DNA of 64,000 nucleotides from Macrostomum hystrix (Eukaryota > Animalia > Platyhelminthes). The notes under the pieces were generated by a model. The model was not told where the DNA came from. It did not search any database and worked only from the letters and a program-made list of their open reading frames with translations. This document shows positions 13,947 through 26,380 of the stretch, piece after piece. Within the stretch, counting starts at the first letter, position 1. Each line of letters starts with the position of its first letter. The stretch is from the NCBI GenBank assembly GCA_950097015.1, contig CATNEN010000039.1, positions 15,934,001 to 15,998,000 on the forward strand. The letters run 5' to 3'. Position numbers and translations under genes: made by a program.

Positions 13947-16900
13947 ATGATCACTAGGTTTCTGTTGAGAGTCATTGGAATACTCTACTTCTTATTAAGT
14001 TGCTACGGATTCCCCTGCGAAAACGAAGGAACATACGACGATGTGTACGACAGGTGCGAATGTACGCCAGACTACTATGGCTATCGCTGCGAGACAGCCT
14101 TTTCATCGACTGATTTGTGTAACGATCACAAACTGCCAGTCATTGCCGATCCCTATGGACTTCGTCGACCAGGGGCTGATGGAAAAATCACGACTGAAAT
14201 GACCAATCGGACGAATCACATCAAGTCATCCTTCTTGGACTCTTCGGAACTCGCTGCCGGATGGTATCGCGTGCAGTCGCCCTGGGGCAACCGACTGGTC
14301 GAGGGCTGCAGCAGCCGAGTCAAGGACTCAGACTGCGGCGGCAGAGCGGCCTACGTTCTACACGACGTTGTGGAAGAAAATGGCAGCAAAATGCCGCTGT
14401 TCAAGGCGCGCGCTTTCAGAGTTTGGAGGGAGCTGAACGACTGCCGTCTAGTGCACGAGACCTTCTTCCCGGTGCGTTTGCTGAAGTGTTCCGAATCGCT
14501 CACTCTCTATTTTCTCCTACCATTGCCTTCCATGCATTCATATTGCATTGGCGACGAAAAGGACCCATCTGATGAGAGGCTAGCAGAAATGATATTTTAT
14601 AAGAAACCCATTCTTCAATTGAAGCACCATTCAGGAGGTGGTGACTTTTTATGCTCCGTCTTTGGCTCTCGGAGTGCCATTTCAGTCTATGTGATGTTCT
14701 TACTGACAACTACAGCAGGCGAGACAAAAGCAATTCAGGCTTGCGATAAAATCAGGCAGCCTATATCTAAAGATTTCCATGGCAACTGCATATTCTTATG
14801 TGCCTGGTCGGATATAGTTTATCAAGAGAAAAACATTTACGGCAGCACCCTGGAGTGCAGAGTCCAGACAAATGCTCGAAATAATGCGCCATTCATTTCG
14901 TCCAATATCCATTCCTTTGTGTTTCGACACAGTTTCACCCATGGTTTCGACTCAATTCGTCCAGGAAAACCGGTGGAGTTGTGCATCAGCAGTGGTAACA
15001 TTCCGACCCGTGAAAAAATTACTTTTTCTTTGTCGGTCGCGAGGAAAATTGTTTATCGAAACGATAGAATTAATATAGCAACTTTGTCAAACGATGCAAA
15101 TAGCACCAATGCGTGTGACTTTGAGTTTTCCAGCCAAAAAGTGCGTCAGGTTTGTGTAAAACTAGTTCTTTACAACGATGATCATGAGGGAAAAGTTGTC
15201 TTTGGACTCGAGTCAACGGAGCAGGTGAGCTATGCAAAGATCAATATGTATTATAGGTCGACGGCTGATGGGCTTCGTACGTATAGAAATTCTGTGTCCA
15301 ACGTACCTAAAAATTATCAACAGTTCGCATCGTATGATTTAAAAGTGGATCTTCGATCACTAGTCTCAGGACCCCAGAGCTACTTGCACATCTTTAGCGA
15401 TCCGTTTGTGAAGCCAGTTAACGCAACCTACGCGAACAACTCGACGTACGAACTCAAAGCAAAGAGAGGCGAAACTGACATCTACGTTGCCATGCGGCAC
15501 AAGCAGCTGCCTTACGAGACGCACATACTAATTACCAGACCACAGTCGGCAGTGCTGGACAATATAGACCTCACAGTAGTGACGCAGGTTGCAGTTCGTT
15601 ACGATCAGATCATAATTACCATCTCTGCTAGTGCCAACAAAAACAACGGTGCCCTAACACCCCAGATCGACTGCAAGGCGTCCCACAGCGAAAATTTGCA
15701 AAACAATGGAGAGATCTGGCGAAACTCCAAGTGCGACTTAAGGCGAAACGGCATCGAGGTAGAATCAACGTCGGATGTCGTCAGAATTTATTTTCAATTC
15801 TATGGAACAATTATTTACGTCTGGAAGTTTCGCTCTAGCATGGCCACGAGCAGCAGCTGCGCACATGGCTTCATCATGTCCCAGCAGGAAATGAGGAACA
15901 TAGCCTGCAGATCTGGAGAGGGCACAAACCTGGTTGGCGATGACTTCGTGCTGGACTTAACTATAATTCCGTCCCTGTACGATTCTCCAGGCAATGTCGA
16001 AGGGCTGATGTACACGAAAAATGCACTCGAAGCAGAGAGCTATAGGGTAAAAAACGCGAGCGAAAACCTCTTCTCTGACAAATACGTTGCCAGAAGCTCA
16101 CAGAATATTCGAAGCAGTCTCATCAGCCAGCCATACGAAATCATGAGGATCTGTAAGTGTCTGGGAATCGATCAATTCTCTAAAAAAGCGCGGAGATGTT
16201 TCGTAGATTTGTCGAAAGCAACAAGAACGAAGCGAGACGTTAGAGTTCGTAATGCTAGACAATTTAAAAGCTCCCATAAAATTGTAAAGCGAGAAAATAC
16301 AGCCGATCCAGCAGTGCGAAAACAAATAACGGCAGAGGAGGCGAAGCAATTTTGCGACGAATTCCTCTACGTACAAATGACGCAACGAAACTACAGCATA
16401 TCGCTCTGCTCGGGGCACAGTGACCACCCGTTTGCAGCGGATTATACGGCCCAATTCGGCTACCTGTGCGTTCGGTACGCTCAGACACTGGGCATTTTCC
16501 AGTTCGCCGAGAGCCTGCTTAACTCAATGCTGGATAAATGTCTGAAGGATCTAGACTATAATGCCACTGAAGTCCGAAGCAAAAGTCACGTTTTAATAGA
16601 CTTGGAGCAAGATCTGTGTCCTAACAACTGCAGCTCAAACGGCTTGTGTCTGGCTGGCGCCTGTGTTTGCAATTCTGGCTACGTGGGTCGCGGCTGCGAG
16701 AATCGAACAAAAGAACTCGAAGCAAGCCTAACCTGGATTTCAACATCGAACCAGACCTTCGTATGTCCCAGCGAGACCTGTTCGAGCGCTCTGCTTCTTG
16801 TGAGCCCTCTGCTCAAGTCTACGGAGGCCAATTGCATTGTCGAAGAGGTCGTTGACGCAAATAAAACAGCGAGGAGGCGATCCTGGATCATCCCGGCGTC

Positions 16901-18525
16901 TTTTGCAACAGGCAGAGTGATGGCGTGCAACCTGAGCATCGTTCACAGCTGGCTGAAAGACAGAAACAGACTATTTGTTGTGGTCATGGTGAGTTCAAAG
17001 AGGTATTCAATATGAATGTATAGGTCGCCAGAGACGTAGACGCAGAGATGATTTCTTGGGGGAGGGGCGCGTCTTTGGGAGACGCCACCGAGAATCGAGG
17101 ATTTATCCCTGAGGATTCGGGGCGTAACTGAGAATTCGGGGTGCGTCACCGTCACTGATGATTTAGGGAGCGTCAATAAGGATCTGTAAGGGGTTTAACG
17201 AGGAGGGTAACAACCCTCGTTGTCACCCGGTGGCCTTGTTGCCCATGTAGGTGACAACGTCATCACCATTCGCCTGTTTCTCTCCATGTCTTGATATGTG
17301 TACACTTTTCCTTTGTGGTATCTCCCCTTATTTAATGAACACGTCGGTAAACGTTAGACCGAATAAAATGATGGATGTTTGGACCTGAAGGTGATGACGA
17401 CGTCCTGCAATCTGAAGACGATTCGGCCTGAAATACCTGAACACCGGAATAAACACCTGAAATAAACACCTAAGATAAGCTGTAGGTTGCTGCCACCCTG
17501 GTCCGTAGGGTTGATTGTATCGTAAGACTTCTCTGGCGTTAAACCTGTAACATGAAAATCATTAACACATATGAGCAAGAGATCCGAGACAAGTATAGTG
17601 GAAATTCTATCTCGTATTTATTGTCGTTCTGGACCCATTCCATGCCTGCAATTGACTGAGGTTTTTTAAGTTCTCTGATTGGCTGGAATTAAGTAACAGA
17701 CGGAAATTCCGCGGGTGTGCCACAAGAGCCGTGAAAAAACCGTGGAAACACCAGCCAACGGTTTCCATAGCACAAACAGAATCAGTAACTTTTAGCTCCA
17801 AACCTTTACTCAACTAGCTCGTAAATTGGATAGGACTAAGCTAGTTGGATAAGACTAAGCTAGGCCACACAGAGACAACCGGCTAGTGGGAACTAGACTC
17901 TAAACCTAGCGGCTCTTGTGACTCACAACACTTTTAAGATGCGTCGGTCATATTCATGAATTGTTTACTAATTTCTAGAAGGAATTTCTAGTTCCCTACG
18001 ATTGTTTTTAAGATGACTATAACAAGTGGCATGATTAAATCAATGTGCAGCAGCTCACAATGCAACTCTCAACACCCCACACAGATAAAGCTTGCTGCTG
18101 TGAGCTGGAACTCCAGCAACAGCGCTAGCCGTCTCCTAGTTCAAAGCAGATGCTCCGGTTTGCCAACCCATTGCTACCCGACGGACAGGACCAAGCAAAT
18201 TGTTAACGAAGTTAGCGAGTGGAGCTGTGCCATCCAGGGATCTAATGGCGCCACGGGAAGCGTCGAGTGTAGTCAGAATGTCGACAAGAAGCAAACACTC
18301 GTAGTGTCGTTGGTAACTGTTCTCGTAACTGTTCTTTTCGTCTCGATAGCAGTTTTTGTACTTGCGTTGAAACGACGCTCAATAGCAGCTAAAATCATCG
18401 CAAAGGAGGCGACGCACATCTTGTTTAAAACAAGGTGCACTTATCCAATTGTGAAGATTCAAGGTGGAGATTCAAGACACCTGCAAACACGCCAAGATAA
18501 GCGGGGAGCAGAACCTTTGATTTAA
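13947..18525 (+). CDS. VWDE-like type I membrane protein (~1184 aa). Exons 13947-16988 and 18013-18525
   Basis: Signal peptide (MITRFLLRVIGILYFLLSCYG), EGF, D8C/UMOD-like GWYR..C..CG segment, VWD-like region starting FSDPF, RTKR site, Cys-rich block, CPNNCSSNGLC..C.C..GY.G..C EGF. Phase-0 GT/AG splice to an exon with a TM helix followed by KRR. Confidence 0.8.
17017..17956. mobile_element. Probable solo LTR filling the VWDE-like intron
   Basis: TG...CA termini, 4-bp TSD TGAA (17013-17016, 17957-17960), imperfect terminal inverted similarity, several AATAAA, no coding capacity. Confidence 0.6.
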
Positions 18526-20142
18526 ATTTTTACCCTTGTAGCACTTGCATCGAGTTTTTAACTATTTTAAATTTTAAAGTAAAATAATTCAAGTTGAAAT
18601 CTAATGTGATTTACTGTAATTAATTACCTGCAAGGAATAGCTTTCAATTATATGTGCCAAAACTATTTATATTTATATTTTATGACTCTAGTTTTTCTAC
18701 GTACATTAAAAAAGAGAAAAATAAAGCATATTCAATTCAATTATTATTATTATTATTATATTCATATGGAGACTATTATATATTTGTACAATAAACGAGC
18801 AACGATCGTGTACCACAAAAATCATTTTCATGAAGCTTTAGAATCAAACACTTCTGTTGAATGTTAGCAAGAAATTGCGCTTATTTGTTTCTATCAATAA
18901 ACTAGCTCCTTTGAATTTGTTCCCGAAGACCTTCTGATAACGCGTAGGTCACAATTTAAAGTCACAATAGTCATATGTGCTTTAGAATATTGTTTTTAAC
19001 TTCTGCTGCTGGAATGGGTACTACAGGAACCTTGTTCAGTGGCATGAACTTCTTCGCCAGTGTATATTCGGAACCTAAATCGCTTTTTTTTCCAACCCCG
19101 CGGCAACTCAGCCAGCCAGATCAATTGTCTGTTTTTCTGTTTGTTAACATTTGCCGCCTAATTTGTCCCAGCTTTGTGTCTGAATTTATGGACAGATGAG
19201 ATAAAGATGAGAAAGCCGGGGGCCAACGCCACAAAATTAAAGCCTCGTACAATGCACTGCTTAACGAGGCGGAGACAAAACAGTACTGGAAGCATGGACA
19301 CCCAGCTCAGATGAAGCGCCGAGCGAGAGGGGTCTGCGAGGGCAGAGTCGGAGAACATTTGGTGGTACGGTGAGGCGAATGAAGACATTGAGCAGGTAGC
19401 GTTTGTCTGCCCCGTTGTTGACACATGCACAGACACACACTCACAAGGTACAACTCATAAAAATTTCTTCTTGAAGTCTCACTGTACTCAGTATATGTAC
19501 ATAAACTCGGAATAATATTCTGTCAATTGTCGATTGCCGGATCAAGGACCGCTAGGAAAGCTTTGTTGATAGACTTATAATAGTCTAGAATTAGTAGTGC
19601 TTGGCCCGTATGTCACATTAGAAACCGAAACTAGAAACTATTAGTAAAAGTAAAGTGACTAGCAATGCAAATACGCTGATAGGATGCAGCATGAATTGTG
19701 TATATAATGCCTGCATGCTAACTCAACTGTACTATTATATGCTAGCTAGGCACAATTTGGTAAGGGAATTTCGATTTTTAGTGGCGTCTAGCAGGAAATT
19801 GATTTGCCAATTCAGCTTTAGGATATTAAACAATTCTCTCTATAGCGTTTATATGTGTACATATATATGTGCGCCGTTCTGAAAAAGCAACTCGATCGTT
19901 ATAAATGTACAGCTGTAATAGTTTTGTAAAAGTAGCAATTCAAGGCAATAATTCCAAGCTAGCTAGGGTAATGGATATATATAGTAGATACTCTTCAAAT
20001 TGAACCAAGCAATACATAAAAACATTTTATTGGTTTCATTTCCCGATCTACATGTACTAATAGATCTTATCGCATAGTAGATTTCCGTTAAACAACAATT
20101 CTATTTTGTTTCTGTACGTTGAGAATACGAGCAAACTATTTC

Positions 20143-22021
20143 ATGATGCCTTCGCAGAAGTCTCTCAGTAGCGTTGATGCGCGAGCAGTCAAGGCTGCGA
20201 TTACCGTCTGTTACTTTCTGCTAGCCACGTCAATCCTACCTCAACCAGGTGAGTTTTACTGATCGAGTAGGCTTCAATTGGTGTAGCTGCCTTTTATGGG
20301 GATATACGTCTTTGGGAAGAGCAAATATTGACGAATTTCAATGTGACAATGAAGCGTCTTCTGCTGAGTATAAAAATTCGATGGAAAGACTTTTATTCTT
20401 TCTTTCCATTCATTCAATGGAAATGAAAAGATTTCCATTCGATGAATGGATGGACTAGCTACGGTAGCTATAAATTTGGATGATGTCACTATGGATTTTG
20501 CTTTCTTTCTTAAACAGTAGAAAGGGCCCCGCTATTTTCCCCAGGGGATAGACCAAGGGGTATTCGAAAAAGCTCTCAAACTTTCACGATAGCTCTCAAA
20601 CCGAAGGACCGGTTTCCGTGAAAGTCCATGCATTCGGATCAACACTTTCCCCCCTTTACGATGAACTAACTTTCAAAACCGCCGACGTCATCGAGATATT
20701 CAGCGAATTTCGTTGAAGACCCTGGCGACAAGGACTGCAAACATTTCTCTGTATAAAGCTCTGTGGCGAATCCATGATATTGGTTCAATAATCTGAGTCC
20801 ATCTGTCGTAGTGATTTTTGTTATCAGCATCCCAGATACCAGGGCCCCTTCATCACTGTCTGGAGCATAGGCGGCGACTGTCGGGACCTTTAACAAAAGC
20901 AAGCGTCTTAAAGATGAAGGCTACGAAGGTCGCCGCCGATGCTCAAGACGCTGATGAAGGGGACCCTGGTCACATGGGATGCTGTAAACAAAGGTCCCAT
21001 GCGACTGGTTGACATTGTTGGTGCAGCCGACAGGGTTCCATGGTGGAATTTTGGGCGAGGAAAAATTATGCCTATATTGGTGGTTTATGCCACCTGACAC
21101 CCCGACGAGAATCGTTCAATATCTCGACGATGCCGATGGTTTTTTTATTCTGGAAGTTGCTTCGTCGAACAGGGTGGAAAACATTGTCCCGTGTTCTGGA
21201 TCATAGCAACGGGTTGAATATTTTAGAAGATACGGAAAATATATATATGCTCGTAGGTAATTGGAATTTCAAATACAACCGCTGTATTTCTACTGTTAAG
21301 CATTGGCATGGAGCATGGAGCTTCTTACTACTCTAAAACAGTAGTACTAAAATATGACCAAAAAAGTATAATTATGGGCTTGAGGCCGAATCATCAACTG
21401 ATATACTGAACAACTTTTGCGTCTTTGATTGGCACAACTTTTTTAGCGTGGGCCTCTGTGGAAGCAACAACCGCAGCGCCTGCAACAACGTGCAGCAGCT
21501 CACTCAATATCGGCCTAGACTATTTCCTTCGCACCCAACTGTTCTCAAATCTGACCAATGTAGAATTGCCGGCTGAGATTGCTTTGCCAATTAGCGCCTT
21601 CAAGATTGTCAACCTCAAGCTGGCCGGCTTAGACCAGGTGTCACGCGGCTGCAGCCTCCAGCTGAGCCAAGTCAGCGAGTCCCAGCTCCGCCTCCGAGCC
21701 TGCGCGCACGCCGATCGTGTTTGGGCTAGCTTCATGATTCGAGCTGGCAACTTGCCAGTGGACTTTGTCATGGCATCCATCAAGGACACGGCAGTTAGCG
21801 GCCAGGCCGTTGCCAATATGGTGCCAGGTGGGCTAGTTAATCTGGAACAGTTCGACATCACCCTGGGACAAGTGGACGTGGAGAACACGGGCATCACTGG
21901 CAGCATCATCACCAGGGTGATGCGCATGAATAGCGTGCGTCAGCGACTGCGCCGGGTCATTGTGGAAGAGGCAACTAAGAAAATTCGCGAAGTTCTGCGA
22001 CAGAATCCGCTGCCAAAATAG
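20143..22021 (+). CDS. Secreted TULIP-superfamily (Der p 7 / JHBP / BPI-like) lipid-binding protein, ~226 aa. Exons 20143-20248 and 21447-22021
   Basis: Phase-1 CCAG|gtgagt and ttttag|CG junctions join a hydrophobic leader to ORF 21425-22021. The LxGLxxVxR motif, alternating beta strands and long C-terminal amphipathic helix resemble group-7 allergen proteins. Family call is by pattern recognition. Confidence 0.65.
20515..21295 (+). mobile_element. MITE family B (CAGTAGA...TCTACTG termini, internally palindromic)
   Basis: Inverted termini flanked by TAAA/TTAA. Internal inverted arms (20685 vs 21120; 20838 vs 20930). Related copies at 32247, 43505, 57155 and 60440. Confidence 0.8.
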
Positions 22022-22197
22022 ACCGCCAGATTGCAGTGACTGATGAGAATGAGATTTCGTCGCTTATTGCTATAGGGCCAACGTAAGTGTTGACTAATGC
22101 CCCAAAACGCTCGATCGCTTTGCTACTTTACTCGACATAAAAATGTGTTACCTTGATTTATTACCTAATATAATTAAATTTAAAATTTATTTTCTAG

Positions 22198-22776
22198 CTG
22201 TAGAACTACCAATTAAGGAGGGTGAAATTCCTCCCCTAAACATTTTTCTTGCACCTAAACGGAGCAAGGCAAGCCCACGAAACTCAAGAACACGGGCCTG
22301 CTTTTTGTTGCGCATATTCTGTAAAACGAATCAAGTCGCCAGCTCTTCAGACTTCAGACCGTCTAGATATTCAATGGTTCTGGCCGAAGGTCGGATTTTC
22401 CCCTTTTTCATACACCCCTATACACGAAATTGCTCTTGACAGGCCTTCAAAATCTATCAGCATGTCACCCGAATGTGCCTGCATCATCTCCGTTTTCGGT
22501 GGTCACCTAGCTTTATCTAGACGGACTGCTGGACCTTCAAGGGCCACAACACATGAAAATAGGCCGCTGTGGACACCCTGACGCTAATTTCTCCAATTTC
22601 ACTGATCAAGCCTAAATATTAGGCGCAGCTCAACCACAGTACACCTGCGCCTAGTCTGTCAACCAATCAGTTACCACCCAACGCTGTTAGCATTTAGGCG
22701 CTGCCAAATAAATTTTATGGTGGAATCCCCGCTTGGTATAAAAAACAGGCGTCAAAATGGCTTGGTAGACCTACCG
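22198..22776 (+). mobile_element. MITE family A, diverged copy
   Basis: Shares gtagaactacc..cacgaaactcaagaacacgg..cagcatgtcacccgaatgtgcc..aaaatggcttgg with copies at 48648 and 57327. Confidence 0.85.
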
Positions 22777-23399
22777 TTAACTAATTTGTACAAATATGCA
22801 CCTAGATCCCGTAAGGCGGCGGCACAGCGGCATGTACATCTACACGGCCATGGGTTGATAAGTCATGGACATTAGTGAGTAGCAAGAGGCAAATAAAGAA
22901 CCAAGAATCCTTTGGAGCGAGAGGCAAACGATTAATAATAAGGTTAAGAATATTATGGTTAATAAGGTCAATCTGCTAAACACACCATATTTTTCTACGA
23001 GTACAATCATACAGATGGTGCAAAGTTTTATTATTTCTAACGGCTAATTTTTTAATGGCCATTAAATAAACTTTCTTGGTATTCGGAAATTTTTAATTTC
23101 TATACTATGACGCTGCTCGATTAATTCTGAACAACGTATTTCTAGCTTAACTTTTCTGTTTCTGTGAACTCGTAAAAGAACCGTTTCTTAAAGAGAATTT
23201 GAAGAGAATTTTGTTGCGCAGTAACATTATTTCTTTTTCTCACTTTTTCGGAAAATAGGAGGGACTATACGGTGCCTACTGATATCATTCTGTAGTAGTA
23301 GTACAATGATAATGAGATATTTCAACCTTGGGTCCTACTCCGCACGGATTGGTACTTAATTTGACTTCTGGTCTAAGAGGTTTCCTCACTTCAACGACA

Positions 23400-23660
23400 T
23401 TAGTTCCCCCAAGCAAGTCCGCCATCGACAGGACCCTCGCTGAAGAACGTCGCCCTCCACCAACATTTATCATCACTTGGGCCGTCCGTTTCCCCGAACT
23501 GCACACTGTCAGTGTGCAATGGTACCGTGGCTCATATCTTTGACTGTCCTTCTGTACCAAGTGGATTGACTCACTTGCATGGACAATATGCTTGGTGTCG
23601 CGGGCTCATGATCAGACCCTGGCCCGCCTGCAATGGGCTAACATCTGCAACAACAAACGT
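23400..23660 (+). mobile_element. 3' fragment of a LINE (CCHC knuckle)
   Basis: Translates SPNC..VC..TVAHIFDCP..P..LT, followed by a short (CAA)n tail. Confidence 0.5.
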
Positions 23661-23739
23661 CGTACATGGATCTAGGCGGAGGTCCTTGTGGCTTTCGAGA
23701 TTACGCTATATGCAATAATAAAAATTTTAATTTAACTAT

Positions 23740-24000
23740 TGATTACACCTGCCCCAATTTGGTCAGATGTGCAGCCGACAGCACAGCCGTAGCTTTTGCG
23801 CGGCACATCTGAAGGTGCGTACAGCTGTTCAGTCCATGGACTGGGCGGACGCCACACCCACCTTCAATTATCCCAGCTGATGCTGGTACCCATTTAACAG
23901 CTGGGTGAGCTGAAGCAATGCAGACTTAGTGCCTTGCTAAAGGACACAAATTGTTGCAGTGGAGTCGGAAATCGAGCACCCGACCTTCAAGTCCGCGATA
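23740..24000 (-). mobile_element. tRNA-derived SINE family 1
   Basis: Reverse complement of the 6970/61090 body and tail. Confidence 0.8.
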
Positions 24001-24419
24001 TGCAATCACAGTTACTTATAATTGCTACGAGAGTATTCGTGCCTGCTTCAGGGTAAAAATTTCCTGCCTCAAGGTGGACATTATCAGGCCTTCGCCTTCT
24101 GCAGGCATCCTTGCATCTAGGACGAAAAACTTACCGCCCAGGTGGTGGCCAACCTGGCTCCATGAGCAACAAGGTTATTGACTACGGAAAAGCTTTACAA
24201 CTAATGTGATTGGAGAACAAGGGCATCGCCGGCAGCATTATCAAACACGTGCTGGAAAAAAAGTAGCACCATGCGGAAGCTGCGCCAGCGCATTGTGAAA
24301 ACTCGCGAACTTATGAAACGTAATTCGGTGCCTAAGCAAACCTCCTGATTGCAAAGTGACAGACTGATAGACTAAATAACACTACCGTAGCAAGACCGCA
24401 GAAAGTACATTACAATGGG

Positions 24420-24702
24420 TCAGAGACAAATAGAGAGCCACGAAGAGACAGAGACAGAGGGACAGAGAGGGATAGAGACAGGGACATAGAGGGACGAAAA
24501 GACAAAGGAACAAAGAGGGACAGAGAAGTACAAAGAGGGACGAAGAGACAGGGACAGAGAGGGACAGAGAAGGGCAGAGAGGAACAAAGAGGGACAGGGA
24601 AGTACAGAGAGGGACGAAGAGACAGAGGGACAGAGGGACAGAGAAGGGCAGAGAGAGGAACAAAGAGGGACAGGGAAGTACAGAGAGGGACAGAGGGATA
24701 GA
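24420..24702. repeat. Purine-rich (gagggacaga)-type degenerate repeat
   Basis: Low-complexity tandem units. Confidence 0.9.
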
Positions 24703-24991
24703 CAGTAATTAAGAGGATTTTATGATATATTAAGAGAACCATTGACCGATATGAGTATTTTTCTACTATTAGCACAATATAATTAAGTAATCAGAAAAGT
24801 ATTCATTCGCTTTTTAGCACTCCTTATATGTAAACTAGGCAGTTTTGGTGACTTCACATTTATTTGGTTAAAACTCATAATAATCGAATAAGTAATTTAC
24901 ATTTCAATGTAGAATTCGGGAAGTGTTGCTCGCTTCAAAATTAAAAGGTAAATGAAGGTAAACACCAACATGTAGTTGCTTATTTAATTAT

Positions 24992-25028
24992 GCCGATGCA
25001 TTTCGACCTAACAGGCCATCTTCAAGGC
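24992..25028 (-). ncRNA. Minimal type I hammerhead ribozyme, C3U core variant
   Basis: Minus strand reads GCC-UUGAAGA-U-GGCCU-GUU-AGGUC-GAAA-UGCAUC-GGC. Confidence 0.72.
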
Positions 25029-25332
25029 TTTAACAACTTGCGGAGAGTCACACGCAGCCAAATATATTAAGATGGACAAAACTGTACAATTCCGAGTGAG
25101 AATTTCAATCCAGTCCGGTCAGAAAAAAAAGAGAGACACAAATAGAACGCAACGCACACTAAAACACTTTGAGATGGCGGCACGCACCTCCCATGGCAAG
25201 TTGAGTATTAAGGGATGGCTTCTGCGTTTTGATGTACATGGCCTCTAAAATGCTGAGTTTGAAATCATTTTTGCAGGTATCGATCAATTTAAACCTTTCA
25301 GAAGGCTCCCTATTGCAGCAGCTGTTGTTAAA

Positions 25333-25369
25333 GCCCTGAAGATGACCTGTTAGGTCGAAATGCATCGGC
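25333..25369 (+). ncRNA. Minimal type I hammerhead ribozyme, canonical core
   Basis: GCC-CUGAAGA-U-GACCU-GUU-AGGUC-GAAA-UGCAUC^GGC: CUGANGA and GAAA boxes, 5-bp stem II, palindromic AUGCAU stem III, 3-bp stem I. Confidence 0.85.
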
Positions 25370-25919
25370 ATAACTAAATAAGCAACTATACATGTTGGTG
25401 TTTACCTTCATTTACATTTCAATGTGCTTGCATGTACACATACGAGATGGATAATACAGCAAATTGACACAAAAAATAATTTTTTTATTTTTGGTCCCAC
25501 ATTTGATTTTTGTCACCTTGGTCAGTTGATTTTTGCAACTAACTTTGCTTGGCCCACATTGACAAAATTTAAAAGAACTGGTGAGGCTGCACTGGCAGCT
25601 TTTAAGTATCACAATGGTCTGCAGAATTGGCAGACTGATTCTTATTTTAGAAGATTTGCAACAAAATCTTCAAGCCTGTGCTATAGAGTTTTGTGTGCTG
25701 ACATTACTCTGTTCAGGTGCAAGAAATAATAGTTGCTTTGTGGCTGTCTGTAAGCATTGCCATCCCAGAAAATGTTGCACTTTTTAGTAACTGTTGCGAA
25801 TTTGTGGAAATTGTTTAATTCATAGTTCTTGATTGGTCAAAATTATCAAAGTCCAATTGCCATTGCTTGGCCTTTATAATCTTATAGTTATCAAAGGGTT
25901 CATGTCTACAAAGATCTTT

Positions 25920-26380
25920 GGCATTGCTGCAAAGTTGCCTGGGCCTACTGCTCAGTAAGGGCTATCCTGCAGTCTGAGGCTCGACCTGACTGCCCATGGA
26001 AGGTGTTGATTCAGGCAGTTGTTGAAACTGTCCTGCCTTTTAATGCAGAGAGCTGAACACTAACAGAGATGCTGGAATGTCAATTTAACATGTGGCACAC
26101 TGTCTTGCTGCAAGCTGCTTTTAAAGTTGGCCTACAACCACACCATTAATGTAGTAGTATATTGCAGCACCAGTCTTGTATGTCAGAGCAAGTTGTTGCT
26201 ACAAGTGATGGGCCACCTCATTCAGGCTGAAGCAAAGTACTGCCCAAGCCAGAACAGGTGCTGCTGATTTTGCTGTAGGTGCCTTGTTGGCAATGGCATG
26301 CACATACCCAATGTTTTGTCAACATCCTAAAAGTGAATGCTTGCACCATGTGGCTTTAGGCCCATTTGCACCTAGGGCAC
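25920..26380 (+). mobile_element. Heavily decayed RTE-type LINE fragment
   Basis: LIQAVVETVL.FNAES*TLTEMLE..., homologous to the 27500-28200 copy in the opposite orientation. Confidence 0.7.

Larger units (their letters stand above)
24911..25409 (-). mobile_element. 5'-truncated Penelope-like element with inverted pseudo-LTR
   Basis: GIY-YIG C-terminus FKLIDTCKNDFKLSILEAMYIKTQKPSLNTQ (25159-25320, -). About 90-bp inverted repeat (24948-25037 / 25324-25415). 16-bp flanking direct repeat ATTTACATTTCAATGT (24895-24910, 25410-25425). Confidence 0.9.

Noticed and set aside
20950-20990. CTGATGA in MITE B as a hammerhead core (also 32604, 22039)
   Set aside because: No stem II followed by GAAA. 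In the MITE copies the motif is part of the palindrome arm.
21374-21446. In-frame ATG...TGA suggesting readthrough or selenocysteine in the TULIP-like gene
   Set aside because: Better explained as intron sequence; an upstream exon splices in at 21447.
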